Below, piece by piece: positions 38,433 to 51,586 of a DNA stretch of 64,000 nt (the first letter of the stretch is position 1; the number at the start of each line of letters is the position of its first letter). This DNA is from Moniliella sp. 'wahieum' (lineage: Eukaryota): assembly GCA_003971905.1 (NCBI GenBank), contig RSEE01000037.1, positions 186,001 through 250,000 of the forward strand. The letters are read 5' to 3'. The notes below the pieces were generated by a model that did no database searches, had not been told where the DNA came from, and worked only from the letters and a program-made list of their open reading frames with translations. The translations under genes and the position numbers were made by a program.

Positions 38433-39166
38433 ATGTCCTGCGCCGACGCCATCCACGCTTTCAACATCGCCTATGCCGACAGCCACGACGGCCACCAGCT
38501 GCCTGTCCGGCCGTCGCACAAGCTGGCCATCGTCACTTGCATGGTACGCCCTCCGCCCCCCCTTTTTCCTTCCTCCTTCCCCTTCCTTCGTGTCCGATGA
38601 AAGCGGGTGACTGACGTGGCGGGTGTGGCAGGACTCGCGTATCCTGCCCAGTGTGCAATTTGGTGTGCAGCTAGGCGAGACGCACATTATTCGCAATGCG
38701 GGTGGTCGGACACCGGATGCGTTACGGTCGTGGTGATTAGCCAACAAATGTTGGGCACGGAAGAAATCGTTGTGGTGCAGCACACGGATTGTGGCATGCT
38801 GACATTTACCAATGAGCAAGCGCGAGCGCGCATCCAAACTCAGTTGGGCTTGGCTGACGACAGCCAAGGCGTACAGGACTTGGAACAACTGGATTTCCTC
38901 CCCTTTGACAAGCTCGAACAAAACGTTCGTGACGACGTTCAGTTCCTCAAAGATTCCCAGCTGGTTCGGTCGGATAAAGTGTCGGGCTTTGTGGTGCGTA
39001 CCCCCCTTCCCCGCCAGCCTCCCGCCGGCGCACGCGCGGTGGCTTGCTTGCTTGCTCGCTTGTTTGGGGCGCGGCTGCTGACCTGGTTGCCCTGCTCTTG
39101 TCTTTTCTCTTATTGCTTGATTCGCAGTTCGATGTGCGTGCGCAGCGGTTGAAGCGGATTGTCTGA
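38433..39166 (+). CDS. Beta-class carbonic anhydrase (clade D / cab-type); introns 38544-38631 and 38994-39127
   Basis: Zn-ligand motifs TCM|DSR and HTDCG, plus IIRNAGGR and C-terminal VSGFV|FDV. Confidence 0.92.
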
Positions 39167-39827
39167 ATCCCCCCCCCCGCTTTCTCCCCTTCAGCGCGGG
39201 AGGGGGGGCAAGATGGATTGCAGTGCGCGTGCGCTCCAACACGCGGTCGGGTCGCGGTTGCCTGTGCGCAGAGCAGAGCAGTGGTAGTAGCAGTAGCATG
39301 TTCCACGACATGACTGAATAACCCATGACAAATGAGCTTTTGACATGTGACAAGCGACAAGCTCAAGGCGGTGGCCTGCCATGGGGGGTGGGGCATCATG
39401 CTCATCAGGGGTACATAAGCTTCAGCACGGTTCAGCGTTCAGCCGGGCCCATCCAGCCATGACTGGACGGTTCGAACACCAACCACTGCCTGCGATCCAT
39501 ATCCAACCCTCAATCTCAATCCTCGATCCCCATGCTCAATCCTCAACCCTCTGGCGTGGCGACGTGCTCACCTTCTGCGTTGGCGGTGCATGCAACTGCT
39601 TCGACGACACAGCCACAGCCGTTCCGCGTGTCCCATAGACCCACTGTCCCGGCAGGCTACGGTCCGTATAACCTAGCCCCTGGACGTTTCTCGCGACTAT
39701 ACTACGCATTAATGGTGGAACGGGATGGCCAACGCGGGCCACGGGAGAAATTCAAATCAATCATGGTGTGCAAGAGAAATACAACAGGAGGTGCAAAGCA
39801 AAAAAAACGGGCCCAAGCGGGCTAGGC

Positions 39828-39874
39828 TACGCACGAATGCACGCACGCACGCACGCACGCACGCACGTACGCAC
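39828..39874. repeat. (GCAC)n tetranucleotide microsatellite
   Basis: Seen directly. Confidence 0.85.
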
Positions 39875-40023
39875 GCTATCGTACCAGCGAGGTCCGCATG
39901 AGGGAAATGAGTGACTAGGGACCGGAGTGAATGGTGGGGGCAAAGGAGTGACCGGGGTGACCGGTGCGGGCAGCTGCGTTAGCGTTAGCTTTAGCTTTAG
40001 CATTAGACCTTGGGGGTTAAGAT

Positions 40024-41998
40024 CTAAGAGGGCGGGGACGATCCGCGTACGGCGGGATCCGATCGATCCCGCTCGTCTGGGTTCAAAGGAGCGTGGGACG
40101 GGTGGACCCACGTAGCCGATAGCGGCGGAGCGGAGGGGGGCAAAAGGTTGAGATCAGGTGGTGGGGCCGGTGGGGCTGAGGGAGCCAAAGGTGCGGAGGG
40201 AACGGAGGGAGCAGAGGAGCAGAGGGAGCAGAGGGAGCAGAGGGAGCAGAGGGAGCAGAAGGAGCAGAGGGAGCAGAGGGAGCAGAGGAGCAGGGGAGCA
40301 GAGGGGAGAGGGGAGCAGAGGGAGCAGAGGGAGCAGAGGGAGCAGAGGGAGCAGAGGGAGCCGAGGGAGCAGAGGGGGAGGAAAGATCCAGAGCCCAAGG
40401 AGGCTCGGGCGGTCCAGGAGGCCCTGGGCGCAAGGAGCCGAAGGCACCCAATCCAGCGCCTCGGACGGCAAGTGGGGCGGGGCACTGGGCGCAGACCAAA
40501 GACAAGCCAACCGAGTCTTCTCATCCTCTTCCCTCCTGGGGGCCGGGAAAGCCATGAGGCGCGACGCACCTGGAACCGAAACCGAAACCGAAACCGCTTT
40601 GCCCATGGCATTCATCGAGGAACACGCCCCCCAGTATCCCTCCCAGTATCCCCCGAGCATCCCCCGAGCATACATCCGCACGCGACACAGCCAGTTCGAA
40701 CCCATCTGCATCGGGCAGCGCGGGCGCACTGGCAGCCACCAGTGCTTCCTCCCCATCCGCCTCGCCCTCGCCCAAACCCAAGCCCTCAGCCCCGGTCCCA
40801 GCCGCGAGGGGGGGATGGGGACGCCAAGGTGCGCAGCTGGGCCAAGCGGGTTTTCTCATCGGTTGCCTCGTGGGCTGTGTGGGGCGAGGGCGGGGAAAGA
40901 GGAGGTGGGATGGAACAAGGCTGTGGTAGCGTACCCGTTCGCATCCGCCATTTCTCCAGCCCCATTCCCGCTTCCATCCCCATTCCGCTCTCATTCCCGC
41001 TGCCGCGACTGCTGCCGCTGCCGCTGCCGCTGCCGCTGCCGAACCCGGCTCTGGATGCGGCAGTACTATCCCCCTGACCGGCGCCTACGCTGGTGGACAA
41101 CGCGGGGGGAGGCGGTATGTAGGCTGGCGGGGAGAGGTCGGGTGCATCCTCGGGATAGGGTTCGCCTGTCGGCAGGACCGGCTGGTGAGCATACGCACGT
41201 ACCCGCTCCCATTCTTGTAGCTGGGCTTTCAGTAGGCGGATTTGGCGGGCAATGTAGCGCTGGGCCAAGGCTCGGTCGTGCGGCGTGAGCGCGCGGTCGT
41301 CGGAGAGGGACTGGGGTTGGGGTTGGGGTTGGGATGGGGGTGGGGAGGGAGGAGAGTGCGGGTGGGGGTGGGAGTGGGAGTGGGCGATGGGGGGAGGGAA
41401 GCAGAGGGCGGAGCGAGGGGCGGGGAGGAGACGAAGGAGTTTGTGGCCGAGGAGGAGACGGAGGAAGAGGAGGAGCAGGTGGAGCAGAAGGAAGCAGTGC
41501 GGGAGCTGGAGCTGGCGCGTGGTTTTCGCTGGCGCAGGTGCGTGTCGTTGGAGGGGGAGGCGGTAGGGCGGAGCCAGCGCCGGAGGGTGGTCCAGGCAGA
41601 CGAGGCAGGCTGGTTGTGGAGCTGCTGCTGGCCTGGGCGCGCTGGAGGCGGGTGCGGAGGATACGTTCGACGGCTTCCTCCTCGGTCTCGCCGGCGTTGA
41701 GGTCCCAGCGGCGGTCGTGCATGGTGACGAAGCCGCCGATGAAGAGGACGATGAAGAGGGCGAGGAAGATGGAGACGATGAGGATGGCTTTGCGCTCGAA
41801 CCACACGCTGCGGCCGGGCGGGTCCCAGTCGGAGGGGACGGCGGTGTAGGGGTAGATGCGTGTGGCGGTGGCGGTGGCGGTGGCGGACACGAGGAGGGTG
41901 CGGGTGGGAGAGACGGGTGCGGGGTGCGGGTGGGGTGCGGGGAGGGCGCGGACGGTGGCGATGGGCGCCAGCAGCGCGCCGAGGGCGGCGGCGAGCAT
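40024..41998 (-). CDS. Type I single-pass membrane protein with a cytoplasmic PPxY motif and tandem PSAP repeats (frameshifted; 3' end uncertain)
   Basis: Signal peptide MLAAALGALLAPIATVRA, TM segment AILIVSIFLALFIVLFIGGFV, DLSPPAY, HEATDEK..LAQL, and a (PSA)n tract. Confidence 0.7.
40190..40377 (-). repeat. 9-bp coding tandem repeat (GAGGGAGCA)n, encoding (Pro-Ser-Ala)n
   Basis: About 18-20 units; a few are 8 bp, consistent with homopolymer deletions. Confidence 0.9.
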
Positions 41999-42284
41999 GG
42001 GCGGGGGCGGCGTGGGTCGGGGCGTGGGTATGGCCAGGACAGACAGACAGGCAGACAGACTGGTGGTGTGGGGGGCGAGGCGGCGAGCGCATCGCCCAGC
42101 GCCGAGCGGCGGATGGCTTACGTACGGATGCCACCTGGCGTGGCGCAGCAGCGCCAACCCTAGGCCAACCCTAGGCGCACCAGCCCTGCGATCGGCAGGG
42201 CGCACTGGTTGAACGTTCAACTTGGCCCCTGGCAGGCGCGGGGAGCCCGAGGGAACGCTGCTCTGCCTCAGACCCACCACCGCC

Positions 42285-44672
42285 ATGTCTGCTGCTGCTG
42301 CTGCGCCCCCGGGCCTCCCCGCCGACCCGCCGCCATCCAGCCGCCGTCGCCCCCGCCCCCCGCCCCGCCACCACCACCACCAGCACCACCGCCACCACCA
42401 CCACCATCTCCGCTCCGGCACCGGCCCTGCTTGCCCCGCCCGCCCCGCCCGCCCCCGCTGCTCCCGACCCCGCTCCCCCCCCTCCCACGAGCCGGCCCCC
42501 ACCCCCCCCGCCCCCGCCCCCGCCCCGTCCCCCCGCGCCCCCCGCCGGCCCTGTGGCTGCGCTCGCTGCTCCCCTCCCCGACCCTGCCCCTGCCCCGATC
42601 CCCACCCCCACCCCGATCCCGCCCCCGCCGCTGGCCCAGCCCCGATCCCCCCCCCGATCCAGCCGCAGCCGCTCCCCTTGCCTCGTCCGGCGGCACCGAG
42701 GGTCTGGTCTACCCCGCCCTGCACCTCTACCCTGTCAACGATACCTTTGCCCCAAGCAGATCTACCTCGGTGGCGGTGTGCGCGTGCGCATTGGCCGCCA
42801 GACCAATGCCAAGACGGTGCCGCTGCCGCAGAATGGGTTTTTCGACTCAAAGGTGCTGTCGCGCATGCATGCCGAGGTATGGTACGACGAGGGCGTGTGG
42901 ATCAAAGATGTCAAGTCCTCCAACGGCACCTTTATCAATGGCGAGCGTCTGTCGGGCGAGGCGGTGGAATCTGACCCCTGGCCCCTGCGCACCGACGACC
43001 TCGTCGAATTCGGCATTGACATTGCCGGCGAAGACGGCAAGACGATCTTGCACCACAAGGTCGCCACACGAGTGTACGTGGTGCGCACGCTCGAGGAAGC
43101 ACGGCACTGGCGTACCGACTTTGCCCGGCTCTACCATGGCGGTACACCAGGTACCTTGGGCCAGTCGGGCGCACGTGGTCTCGGTCCCACCGCCGAGGCC
43201 GCCGGCTTGATCCGTCGCCGCGGGTACGAGCGTGGCTACCTTTCGCTAGACCAGCTGCTGACGCGTCTGCAAGAGGAACTCGTTACCTCGCGTCAGACGG
43301 GGGCTGAGCTGCGCCAAACCGCAGGCGACGTCGCTGCGCTACACCGGTCCCTTGGGCCCGACGCACATGCACACGCACACGACCACGACCACGACCACGA
43401 CTCTCCGCCGCCCGAGGCACGCGCGTACCAGCACCTGGTCCCGTCCGACTCGGCTGGTTCTGCCTCCTGGTCCGCGCCCTCGGAACCACAAAAGGACGAA
43501 CCGACTCTGGCAGATGCGTTGGCGCGCATCCGCGCGTTGGAGACCCAGAATGCGCAGCTGCAAAGAGAGATGGACAAGTGGCGTGGAGGTGCGCCGCTTG
43601 TCGCTGGATCGCTCGATGCACACACCGCGTACCCGACCGCAGCACAAGCACAAGCACAAGCACAAGCGCACGCGCACGCGGCCAGCCAACCCACCGAGGA
43701 AGAACAAGACGATGACGATGCCCGCTCTGTGGCTGGCACGATCGTTCCGGACGACGAGGTGGGTGCTCCTGGTCCGACTTCATCCGGGCCGGAACCTGAT
43801 GGCGTACCGGAACCAGACGCGTACGTGCCTTGCCTTCCGACCTGCACGCATTGACCCTCGACACGCACGAGGGCCCCCTAGCCCCTCCGGATGAGCCACG
43901 GGGCAGGCCATGGACGTGGCGGCTGAACTGGCCGCGATACGGGACACGTTGTTGCTCCTCCCGCAGCTGCGGGGGGAAGTGGAATCGTTGCGGAGCGAAG
44001 TGGCGCGTCTGAACAGCTTGTTGCCCCCGTCCACCGTGACTGGGACTGGGACCGCAACACTGCAACTGCAACCGGGACCGAGTCGACTTATTCCCCCGCG
44101 CCTCTCACCACGCTCAACGGTAGTTATACTTCCAACCCACGCGACGCACGCGAGCCACACACTTCGCGCGACGCGCACGACACGCACGGGGCCCAAGGGA
44201 CGTTGTCGTTGTCCTCGGCAGGGAACGAACGGGTAGGTCCCCCCCCCTGCCTGAGCTCCCCTCAGGCTCTGGGCCGGGGGGGGCTATCTCGCCTTCGTCT
44301 CTCACCATGTCTGTCCTAGTCTCCGCGCACCGCCGACGCCCACGTCGGAACGTCGACGACGCAAACGCACCTCGCTCTCGGAGCGCACTTTGCTTGACCG
44401 ATCCGACCGTTCCGACCGTGCCGTGGACGAGGGGACCGTACAGGAGACCGAGGAGACCGAGGAGACCGTACAGGGGATCGTGTAGGGGACCGAGGGGAGC
44501 GGGGGAACGGACGGACGCGGACGCTTGGCCGCGCTTGGCGCCACTGAGTTTATGGGACACCCTTGCGCTGCCGCCTGGCGAACGGGTGGCCGGCGTGCTG
44601 CTGCTGACGCTGGGCGTGGCGGTGGCCGCGTGGCTGCTCACGCGAAAAGAGGTCCGCGAGTGGATCCGCTAG
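42285..44672 (+). CDS. FHA-domain, coiled-coil, tail-anchored protein (Far9/Vps64/SLMAP, STRIPAK-associated)
   Basis: RIGRQTNAKTVP..NGFFDSKVLSRMHAEVW...IKDVKSSNGTFING (FHA domain), coiled coil, and C-terminal TM VAGVLLLTLGVAVAAWLL. Confidence 0.88.
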
Positions 44673-45900
44673 GCTCAGGGTCGAGAGGTGCAGGCTCAAG
44701 GTGCAGGTGCTGATGCGGGCGCGGGCCGTGCGAATCCCCCTTTCCCTTTTCCATGGCATGGTCGGTAGACGACACAATCAATGATCCAGGATCCAACGAA
44801 CTGCCCCGACCGGCGTACCGACCGGCGCACCGACGGACCAGATGCGTGGAAGAACGTAGCTTTCAGAGCGAGACAGTATGGTGGTGGTGGTACATGTTAC
44901 ATGTTATGTGGGCCGGGGGGGATACTGCGATGGGTTGGAGCTAGGGATGTTTATGCTTATGCCTAGTAGCGTAACTCTTAAAGCGTTACCTGAGGCCTAC
45001 GGCTTAAGCTGACGCGCTAGGCGTCGTGTGTGGGCCCTCTGTGCTGGCTGGCGCTTGACCCCGGTCCCAACAAGCCTCCTACGGCGATCTACATGACCCA
45101 ACGGAGACCATCCAGATACGACAGATCAAGATCAAATTGATCGTCTTGATCGTCTGTGGCTTCCCCCTGGTTGGATCATGTATCGATCTTGGATTGGGCC
45201 CCACTGGCCGTCCTCTCCTCCTCCCCTCGACCACTACACGGACCCGGATCGCCACAGACAACTACTACCGATCCAAACCGAAGGCAGCTCATCATGCATC
45301 AACTTCACTTCGTCGTTCCCCCTGCCAGTTGTAGCCGTGAGACGTTAGAGGCCTAAGGAGGCCGAGGCACAGGAGACAGGATTGAAGCGTTGCGCGGTGC
45401 CAGTCAACACGTGTGATCACACCTGCTCTGCGCTGTGTGGACGGTGGGGTGCAAAAGCTGGAAGAAGATCCCGAGCTGTCCCACCTGGTCCTTGTTCCAG
45501 CCCCGGGGCCAGGGAGAATGGAAAGGGGGCCGAATGAGTACTGAGTGTCCTTCGCCTGAGCCTCAGGACCTCATTCCCTCAGTGTTCTCGGCAGGATTGT
45601 CAGAGTCCCAAGCACTTGTTCCCAGCCATTCTTCGCACCGCAACGTGGCGCGGGGCTGACGTGGACGGGATCACGTGATGCATGGTGCCCACAGCCTCCC
45701 CCGACTGCCCCCCAGCACAACGTCACGTGCCATCGATCAGACAGACACTCTCATCGATGGTCTCATCGGTTGCATCCCATCCCACGGGAGTGTCCGCTTG
45801 CAGCTTGCAGCTTGACGCTTCTGTCTGAAGTTCAGTCGACAGTTGGCCGTCAACGTTGACCTTGACCTTGACCTCTGACCGGTGTGTGTTTGACTGCACC

Positions 45901-47065
45901 ATGCCCGCCTCGGTCCTGGTGCGCAGCTCGCTCAACATTGATGAGATTGTGCGTGTCCCGCACATTGTCCGCCCGGGCGAGACGTTGGCCTCGACCACGT
46001 CCCAGCGGCTCATTGGTGGCAAGGGCGCCAACATTGCCGTTGCCGCCGCGCGGGGGTTGGGACTCGACGCATCCACCACGACCACCACGGGCAATACGAG
46101 TCCACGGGCAACGAACGTGGGGATGCAGTGTACCTAGCTGGGTGCATTGGACCTGATGGGGCATGGATTTGCCCGAGCTGAGCCAGCGCGGGGTGACGAC
46201 CGACCTGGTTCGTACCACCCGGATACGTTTACCGGCACGGCGTTTATCCAGGTGACGCCCGAGGGGGAGAACTCGATTGTGTTACGGCAAGGAGCCAATT
46301 TTGCCGTGGACGATACGCTGGATACGCCCTCTAAACTGTACGAGCAAGTGCGCCAGAGCTCCGGTGCCCTCCTACCGTCTTGCTCCTCCACAACGAAATT
46401 CCCCTGCCCGTCACGCAGGGGTACCTTTCCCACGGAGAAAGGGACGGCAAGGGTCAAGCCGATAGGGATGGAACCAAGATCGAGCACGACCGGTGGTGCT
46501 GTGGAACCCTTCGCCCATGCCGGGGGCAGGGGTACGTGAGACCAACTGGGCCGGAGTGGACGTACTGGTGATCAACGAGGGCGAGGCAGGGGACCTACTA
46601 CAAGCGCTTGGGAAACTGTGCCTGCAGCCGGGGCGGAAGGAGAGGCGTTGGCCACGCTACGTGCTACGCGGCAGTTCGGTCAAGTGCCATGGATCGTATT
46701 GACGCGCGGCAGTCGGGGGTGGTAGCGAGTCTTCTTGTACCGTCCGCCCCGACCGCCACGACCGCCACGACCGCCGCGACCGAAGCGAGTGCCACCCGAC
46801 CGAAATCGATCTTACTTTCAGTCGAGGCGGCGCGCGTGCAGCGTGTTCTCGACACCACCGGAGCAGGGGACACGTTTACGGGTTACTTGGCTGCGGCTAT
46901 TGCTCGTGCGGGCGGGCTGGAGGGGTTGACAACGCGACCAAGCTAAGGCCACACACGCGTTGGCGTTTGCTTCGCTGGCTGCGGCCATGGCTGTGGAACA
47001 GCCCGGGGCGATGGCTAGCATCCCTTCTACGCCGACGTGCTCGCGCGCTGGGACCAGCGGCTTAA
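45901..47065 (+). CDS. RBK1: Ribokinase (PfkB family), frameshifted
   Basis: SLNIDEI..VPHIVRPGET, GGKGANIAVAAAR, TGTAFIQV..EGENSIV, NPSP, NEGEA, DTTGAGDTF, GAMASIP. Confidence 0.85.
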
Positions 47066-48175
47066 GGCCTAAGGCCCAAGGCCTAATGCTTAGCCCCCTA
47101 CGACCTGCGATCCTCAACGGCGTACTGCCCCCGCGCGCGTTTTGGGTCTCTGAGGTGATGCATGATCATGGTAGCCAATGCATTGATTGAATTGCGTGAC
47201 TGCAACCGACGCCTTGGCTCTTCCATCTCTGAATCTGACTCCTGAGGCTCAGACGAGCCTCCACACTGGGACTGCGATCTGAGATTGTCGATTGGAGAGC
47301 CGGCGGTGCCGACAGAGTAAGGCATCGCAGATCTCCGGGCCTCGGAAGAATTTTGTTGCCAGGCGCGAGTTGACATGGAACACCGTGCTCAGCTACCGCT
47401 GCGCTCGCTACCCAACGTCCAGGGGCCGTCGCTTACCGGTTACCTCGGCCCCACAATAGATTGACCATGTGACCACGTGAACACTTGACCTGAAGGTTGA
47501 CGACGTTGACGTTGACGGGTGACGGGTGACGGGTGACGTAAGGTGTGCCGCTCTAACCCGGTACCCCGGTCGTAGCCGCGGGTTGCCTTGGCGCGATGGA
47601 CGTTGGGTGCCCAGTACGTCCAGTACGCCGCACACCGCACGCCGCACGCGCCATGCCCCCGTGTAGGTTGCTGCGGTTGAAAACAGGTGACATGGCGACA
47701 AGATCACTTGGTAACTAGTGAGTAGTACTACTCGAGTCATGCGCTGATGGCTCGGCGACGCCCGGACGGAAAACCCCCTCCAAGACCAACGCGAAATGCA
47801 GCGCCTTTTGCCAGTTGTGGCCTAGTGGGAACCATGTCCATGGGACGTTGGACTTGGGGCATTGGGCATTGGGCACTGGGAGGCGGGCATGGGCACTTGG
47901 ATGCTTGGCGGGAATGTCAAATTTCAAAGTGTAAGGTAGCTCCTCCCAATCCCAACCCTAACCCCCAAATGAAACCCAGAAACCAATCAATTCTTCCCCC
48001 TGGCTGGCTGGGTGGCATGGCACATGGCATCGCCCCCAGGAGGTGGCTCGCTTCGCTGGTGCGGCCGGGGGGTACATCTGCCTTCCCACCTCCTACCGGT
48101 ACTGGTACCTCATTCGGTCCCATGTGCCTTCTCCCCCTCCGTTGCCCGTTGTTCTCTCCTGCTCTGCCGCGTACC

Positions 48176-49536
48176 ATGACCAAGTACCCTGCGAAGGAGC
48201 ACGCGCGTCGTGCCGCTGCGACCTACGCCGAGAGACCGGGGCCCAGCCGACGTTTGCCTTCTACGTGGCGGCGGAGCGTATGCGCCTCCACCCGCACAGC
48301 GACCAGGCCCAGGCCTTCCGCCAACGCCGCTACTTTCTCTGGCTGACCGGCCGACGACTTGGCGGATGCACATGCGGTGTACGACCACGCTCCGATCACT
48401 GGTCCTCTACCTGCCCCCCATCGACGCGGACGATGTCATGTGGAGCGGCATGCCCTCTTGCCGCCCAGGCGCTGGACCAGTACGACGTGGACGAAGTCAA
48501 GTATGCGACGCAGCCAAGGCGGACCTAGCTGCGCTGGGTGCTGTGCATGGGATTGAGCCGGCATCCGACACGTTTGTGGAAGCCGGTACGATCACGGTCG
48601 ACCCTAAGCTGCAGGCGGCGCTGGACGAGGCGCGTGTGATCAAAGATGCGTTCGAATTGGGTCTGCTGAAAGAGGCGGCACGGCGGACGGATACGTGCCA
48701 TTTGGCCGTCATGTCCTCGGTGCCGATCCAGTCGAACGAGCGACACATTCACGCCGAGTTTGTGTACCATGCGATCCGGCAAGGGTCCAAGCAGATGGCC
48801 TACGACCCGATTTGTTGTGCCGGCCCGCACGCCAGCACGCTGCACTGGGTGCGCAACGACGGCGAGATGAAGGGCGAGTTGATCGTGTTGATTGATGCTG
48901 GGTAGAGGTGCGCGGGTACGCAGCGGACGTGACGCGCTGCTACCCCATCTCGGGGGTGTGGTCCAAAGAGGCGCGGGAAGTGTACGATCTAGTGCTCAAG
49001 ATGCAGGAGGAGACCATGCGGCGCGTCAAGCCCGGTGTGGCATGGGAGGACCTGCACCTGCTCGCACACAGGATCTTGATTGACGCACTACTTGCCTGGG
49101 GCGTGTTCAAAAAGAGTTTAGTGCCGACGAGTTATTTGACGCAGGCGCCTCAGCTGCGTTTTACCCGCACGGATTGGGCCACATGCTCGGCCTCGACACC
49201 CACGACGCCGGCCACGCCAACTACGACGACACGGACGTCAAACTGCGCTACCTGCGCATCCGCCGGCGCCTGCAGCAGGGCATGGTCGTCACGGTCGAAC
49301 CAGGATGCTACTTTAGCGACACGCTCATCGACTCGCTCGGCGCACGCAAGTACGTTGACCCGAACGTGCTGGCGCGGTACCTGCCCGTGGGCGGGGTGCG
49401 GATCGAGGACGACGTGCTGGTGACGGCAGACGGGTACGAGTGCTACTCGCACATCACCAAGGACCCCGACGAGATCTCGCGCATCGTCCAGGCGGGGCTG
49501 GCCAAGGGGCGCTCGCACTTCCATGCGCTGGTGTAG
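48176..49536 (+). CDS. Xaa-Pro aminopeptidase / prolidase (M24B, pepP-like)
   Basis: KYPAKEHA, FRQRRYFLWLTG, LIDAG, YAADVTR, PHGLGHMLGLDTHD, TVEPGCYF, GGVRIEDD. Confidence 0.93.
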
Positions 49537-50033
49537 GTGCGTGAGGGGGGGGGGGGGATAGGATGGCCGGCTGGCGGGCTGGCTGGAATGCGATTGTGTT
49601 GCTCGATGGACAGCGATGAGACTCATCCTTGAGAATGAATATTGAGAGCAGAGACCAAGATGTATTTGATGTCACGTGGGGTGGTTGGAGAGGACTGGGA
49701 AGGGGTTACGGCTACGCACAGCGCCAGTGGGATGCACGTGCTCCACCAGGAACACGCCCGCGGCAGGCACAGGGCACGGGGACGGTGCGCAGGGCGGGGG
49801 TGGCACGTGAGAGTGACGTCATGCGGCGGTGTGCACGCAGGCCCGCCGAGGCGATGCCGGCTGGCCGTTTGCAATCACAGCGAAGGTTCCCCCACCCAGG
49901 CACAGCGGCAGCGGACCCACTGGGGATGAATCAGCCATGGCAGCCACCAGCGCAGCGCCTGCAGATGGGATGGGATGGCCACCACAACCACGCGACTCGG
50001 CGCTTCCCACGGCCACCTGTGCTGTGCTCTGCC

Positions 50034-51291
50034 ATGCCGCCGTCCCCGCCGTCCGCCCAAGTCCCAGCCTCGGTCCCCACCGCGCCCGCCGCCCCGCCCG
50101 CCCCGCCGCCGCTGCCGCCGCTTGCCCCGCTCCCGCCCCTCCCCTCCGCCCCCGCCCCACCGTCCCCAGCACCCCTGCCCCCTCCGCCTCCACACCGACT
50201 GCGACTGCGGCTGCCACCCACTGCCCCTGCCCCTGCCCCTGCCCCTGCCCCTACCACTACCACTACCGCCCCCACCACCCACCGCCGCTCCGCGCCCCGT
50301 CCACCCGCAGCCCGTGCGCAAGCTCAGTGGCCGCTACACCCTCTCGGACTTTACCATCCAAAAGACGCTGGGTACCGGCTCGTTTGGGCGCGTGCACCTC
50401 GTGCGTTCGCGGCACAATGGGGCCGTACGCGATCAAGGTGCTGCGCAAGGAAAAGTAGTGCGGATGAAGCAAGTGGAGCATACCAATTCGGAGCGTGCTG
50501 TGCTGGCTGCGGTACGCCATCCCTTCCTCGTCAACTTGTGGGGCACAATGCAAGACCCCACCTTTCTCTACATGGTCATGGACTTTGTCCCTGGTGGCGA
50601 GCTGTTTTCGGCTGCTGCGCAAGAGCCAGCGTTTCCCGCACCCAGTCGCCAAGTTCTATGCTGCCGAGGTGGCTCTGGCGCTGGACTACCTCATTCCAAT
50701 GGGTTTATCTACCGCGACCTCAAGCCGGAGAATATCCTGATTGCCGCCGATGGCCATCTCAAGTTGACCGACTTTGGGTTTGCCAAGTACGTGCCGGACG
50801 TGACGTGGACGCTGTGTGGCACGCCAGACTACCTCGCGCCAGAGGTGGTGTCGTCCAAGCCGTACAACAAGGCAGTGGACTGGTGGGCACTGGGTGTGCT
50901 GCTGTACGAAATGTTAGCGGGTCATCCACCGTTTTTCACCGACGACGGCAACCCAATCAAGTTGTACGAGAAGATCGTCGCGTGCAAAGTACGCTACCCG
51001 CCGTTTTTCGAGACGGGGGTAAAAGATTTACTCAAGAACCTGTTGACGCCCGATCGGACCAAACGCTACGGCACCCTAGCCCGCGGCGCGGGCGACATTT
51101 TCGGCCACCTCTGGTTCGCCGAGGTCGACTGGCAAAAGCTCGCCCGGAGAGAAATTCACGCTCCTTACATCCCGGCCATTGGATTGGACGGCGATGGAAG
51201 CCAGTACGAACGTTACGACGAAGTGGACGTTGGCGAATACAACCGCCCCGACCGACCCGACCCGTATGGGTACCTCTTCCCCGACTTTTAA
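50034..51291 (+). CDS. cAMP-dependent protein kinase catalytic subunit (Adr1/TPK-type)
   Basis: [47 protein letters not shown]-terminal FPDF*. Start uncertain (49926 is an alternative). Confidence 0.96.
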
Positions 51292-51586
51292 CTTTCCTTT
51301 TCCTTTCCTCCTCCTGCCTGCCTGCCTGTGCATGCACGACCTACCCCCCCCCCCCACCACCACTCCTTGCCGCCGCGCCCCTGTCGATCTATTTGCTTTC
51401 CTTTCCTTGACCCTCTTTGCTCACCTCGCGCGTTGGAGCGTCTCCTCTCCCATCCCGTCCCTTTCCTTTCTTTTCCCTTTCCCTTTCCCTTTCCCTTGTC
51501 CCCTTGCCCTTTCCTCTGTTAGCTTCGGGGATGCTACTTGCTCCTGGTATCGATCCCGATCCTGATCCTGATCCTTCCCTGTTGCA

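Noticed and set aside
38433..39166. Recent bacterial transfer of the cab-type carbonic anhydrase
   Set aside because: It has two canonical spliceosomal introns, and this class is widespread in fungi.
40190..40377. Tandem repeats as a CRISPR array
   Set aside because: No unique spacers, eukaryotic context and no cas genes.
7993..44672. Functional cluster of membrane-trafficking genes (Rab5, MIT protein, PSAP protein, SLMAP)
   Set aside because: The genes are widely spaced and interspersed with unrelated housekeeping genes; there is no evidence beyond chance.
48896..48910. In-frame TAG after LIDAG in the aminopeptidase (and a similar TAG at about 55735 in the KH gene) as readthrough or recoding
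   Set aside because: Adding one G restores sensible sequence and the downstream frame (GVEVRGY; FPVVGS).
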